From: Octopus sinensis
Lineage: Eukaryota
Assembly (NCBI RefSeq): GCF_006345805.1
Contig: NC_042999.1
Span: forward strand, 19,654,001-19,718,000
DNA length: 64,000 nt
Reading direction: 5' to 3'
The notes under the pieces are model-generated. The model saw only the letters and a program-made list of their open reading frames with translations, did no database searches and had not been told where the DNA came from. Shown here one piece after another: positions 63,695 through 64,000 of the stretch. How positions within the stretch are numbered: the stretch's first letter is position 1; every line of letters begins with the position of its first letter. A program made the translations under genes and the position numbers.

Positions 63695-64000
63695 TTAAAT
63701 TAATATCCAATTTTTTCACCCGTATTTTGACTTTAATTATAAAATAACATGTTCTCAAACCGGCAGTAAATTACTTGTGCAGTATTTATATCCGAGAAAT
63801 TAGCGCGCCTTAACGAGGGCATTTGAATGTAACTGTGAATATAATCGGCCGATCTGTTAGCCTCAATCCAACCTCGTGTTGATAGCTTCCGTGCAGTTCG
63901 ACAAATTTTATTTTTGACGTACTCTACTGATGAATCGAAGATATTTAAGTAAGAAAAATAACAATTTATTAACGATGAAACAATTGCATAGAGTTAATCG

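Overview
AT-rich, repeat-dense eukaryotic DNA. The SINE, LINE and MITE families and the microsatellite load look like an octopus (cephalopod) genome; this is inferred from recalled repeat families, not from a database search. Bases 1-43 kb are mostly interspersed repeats: tRNA-derived SINEs of several families, many 5'-truncated RTE-type LINEs with (GAT)n tails (one keeps a frameshifted reverse transcriptase followed by a PHD-type finger), an R4/Dong-like endonuclease fragment in TAA repeats, mariner/Tc1 remnants, fold-back elements, hammerhead-ribozyme-like motifs and long microsatellites. A few possible exons of an unidentified + strand gene may lie among them. From about 43.6 kb to the end is an irregular tandem cluster of six full-length U2 snRNA genes, all on the + strand, plus one orphan promoter. 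Each gene has a conserved ~255-bp upstream block beginning with a perfect CRE palindrome. The spacers are built from long-TIR elements whose 8-bp target sites record a transposon-mediated inversion that was later duplicated with the U2 unit. No intact, recognisable protein-coding gene was found.
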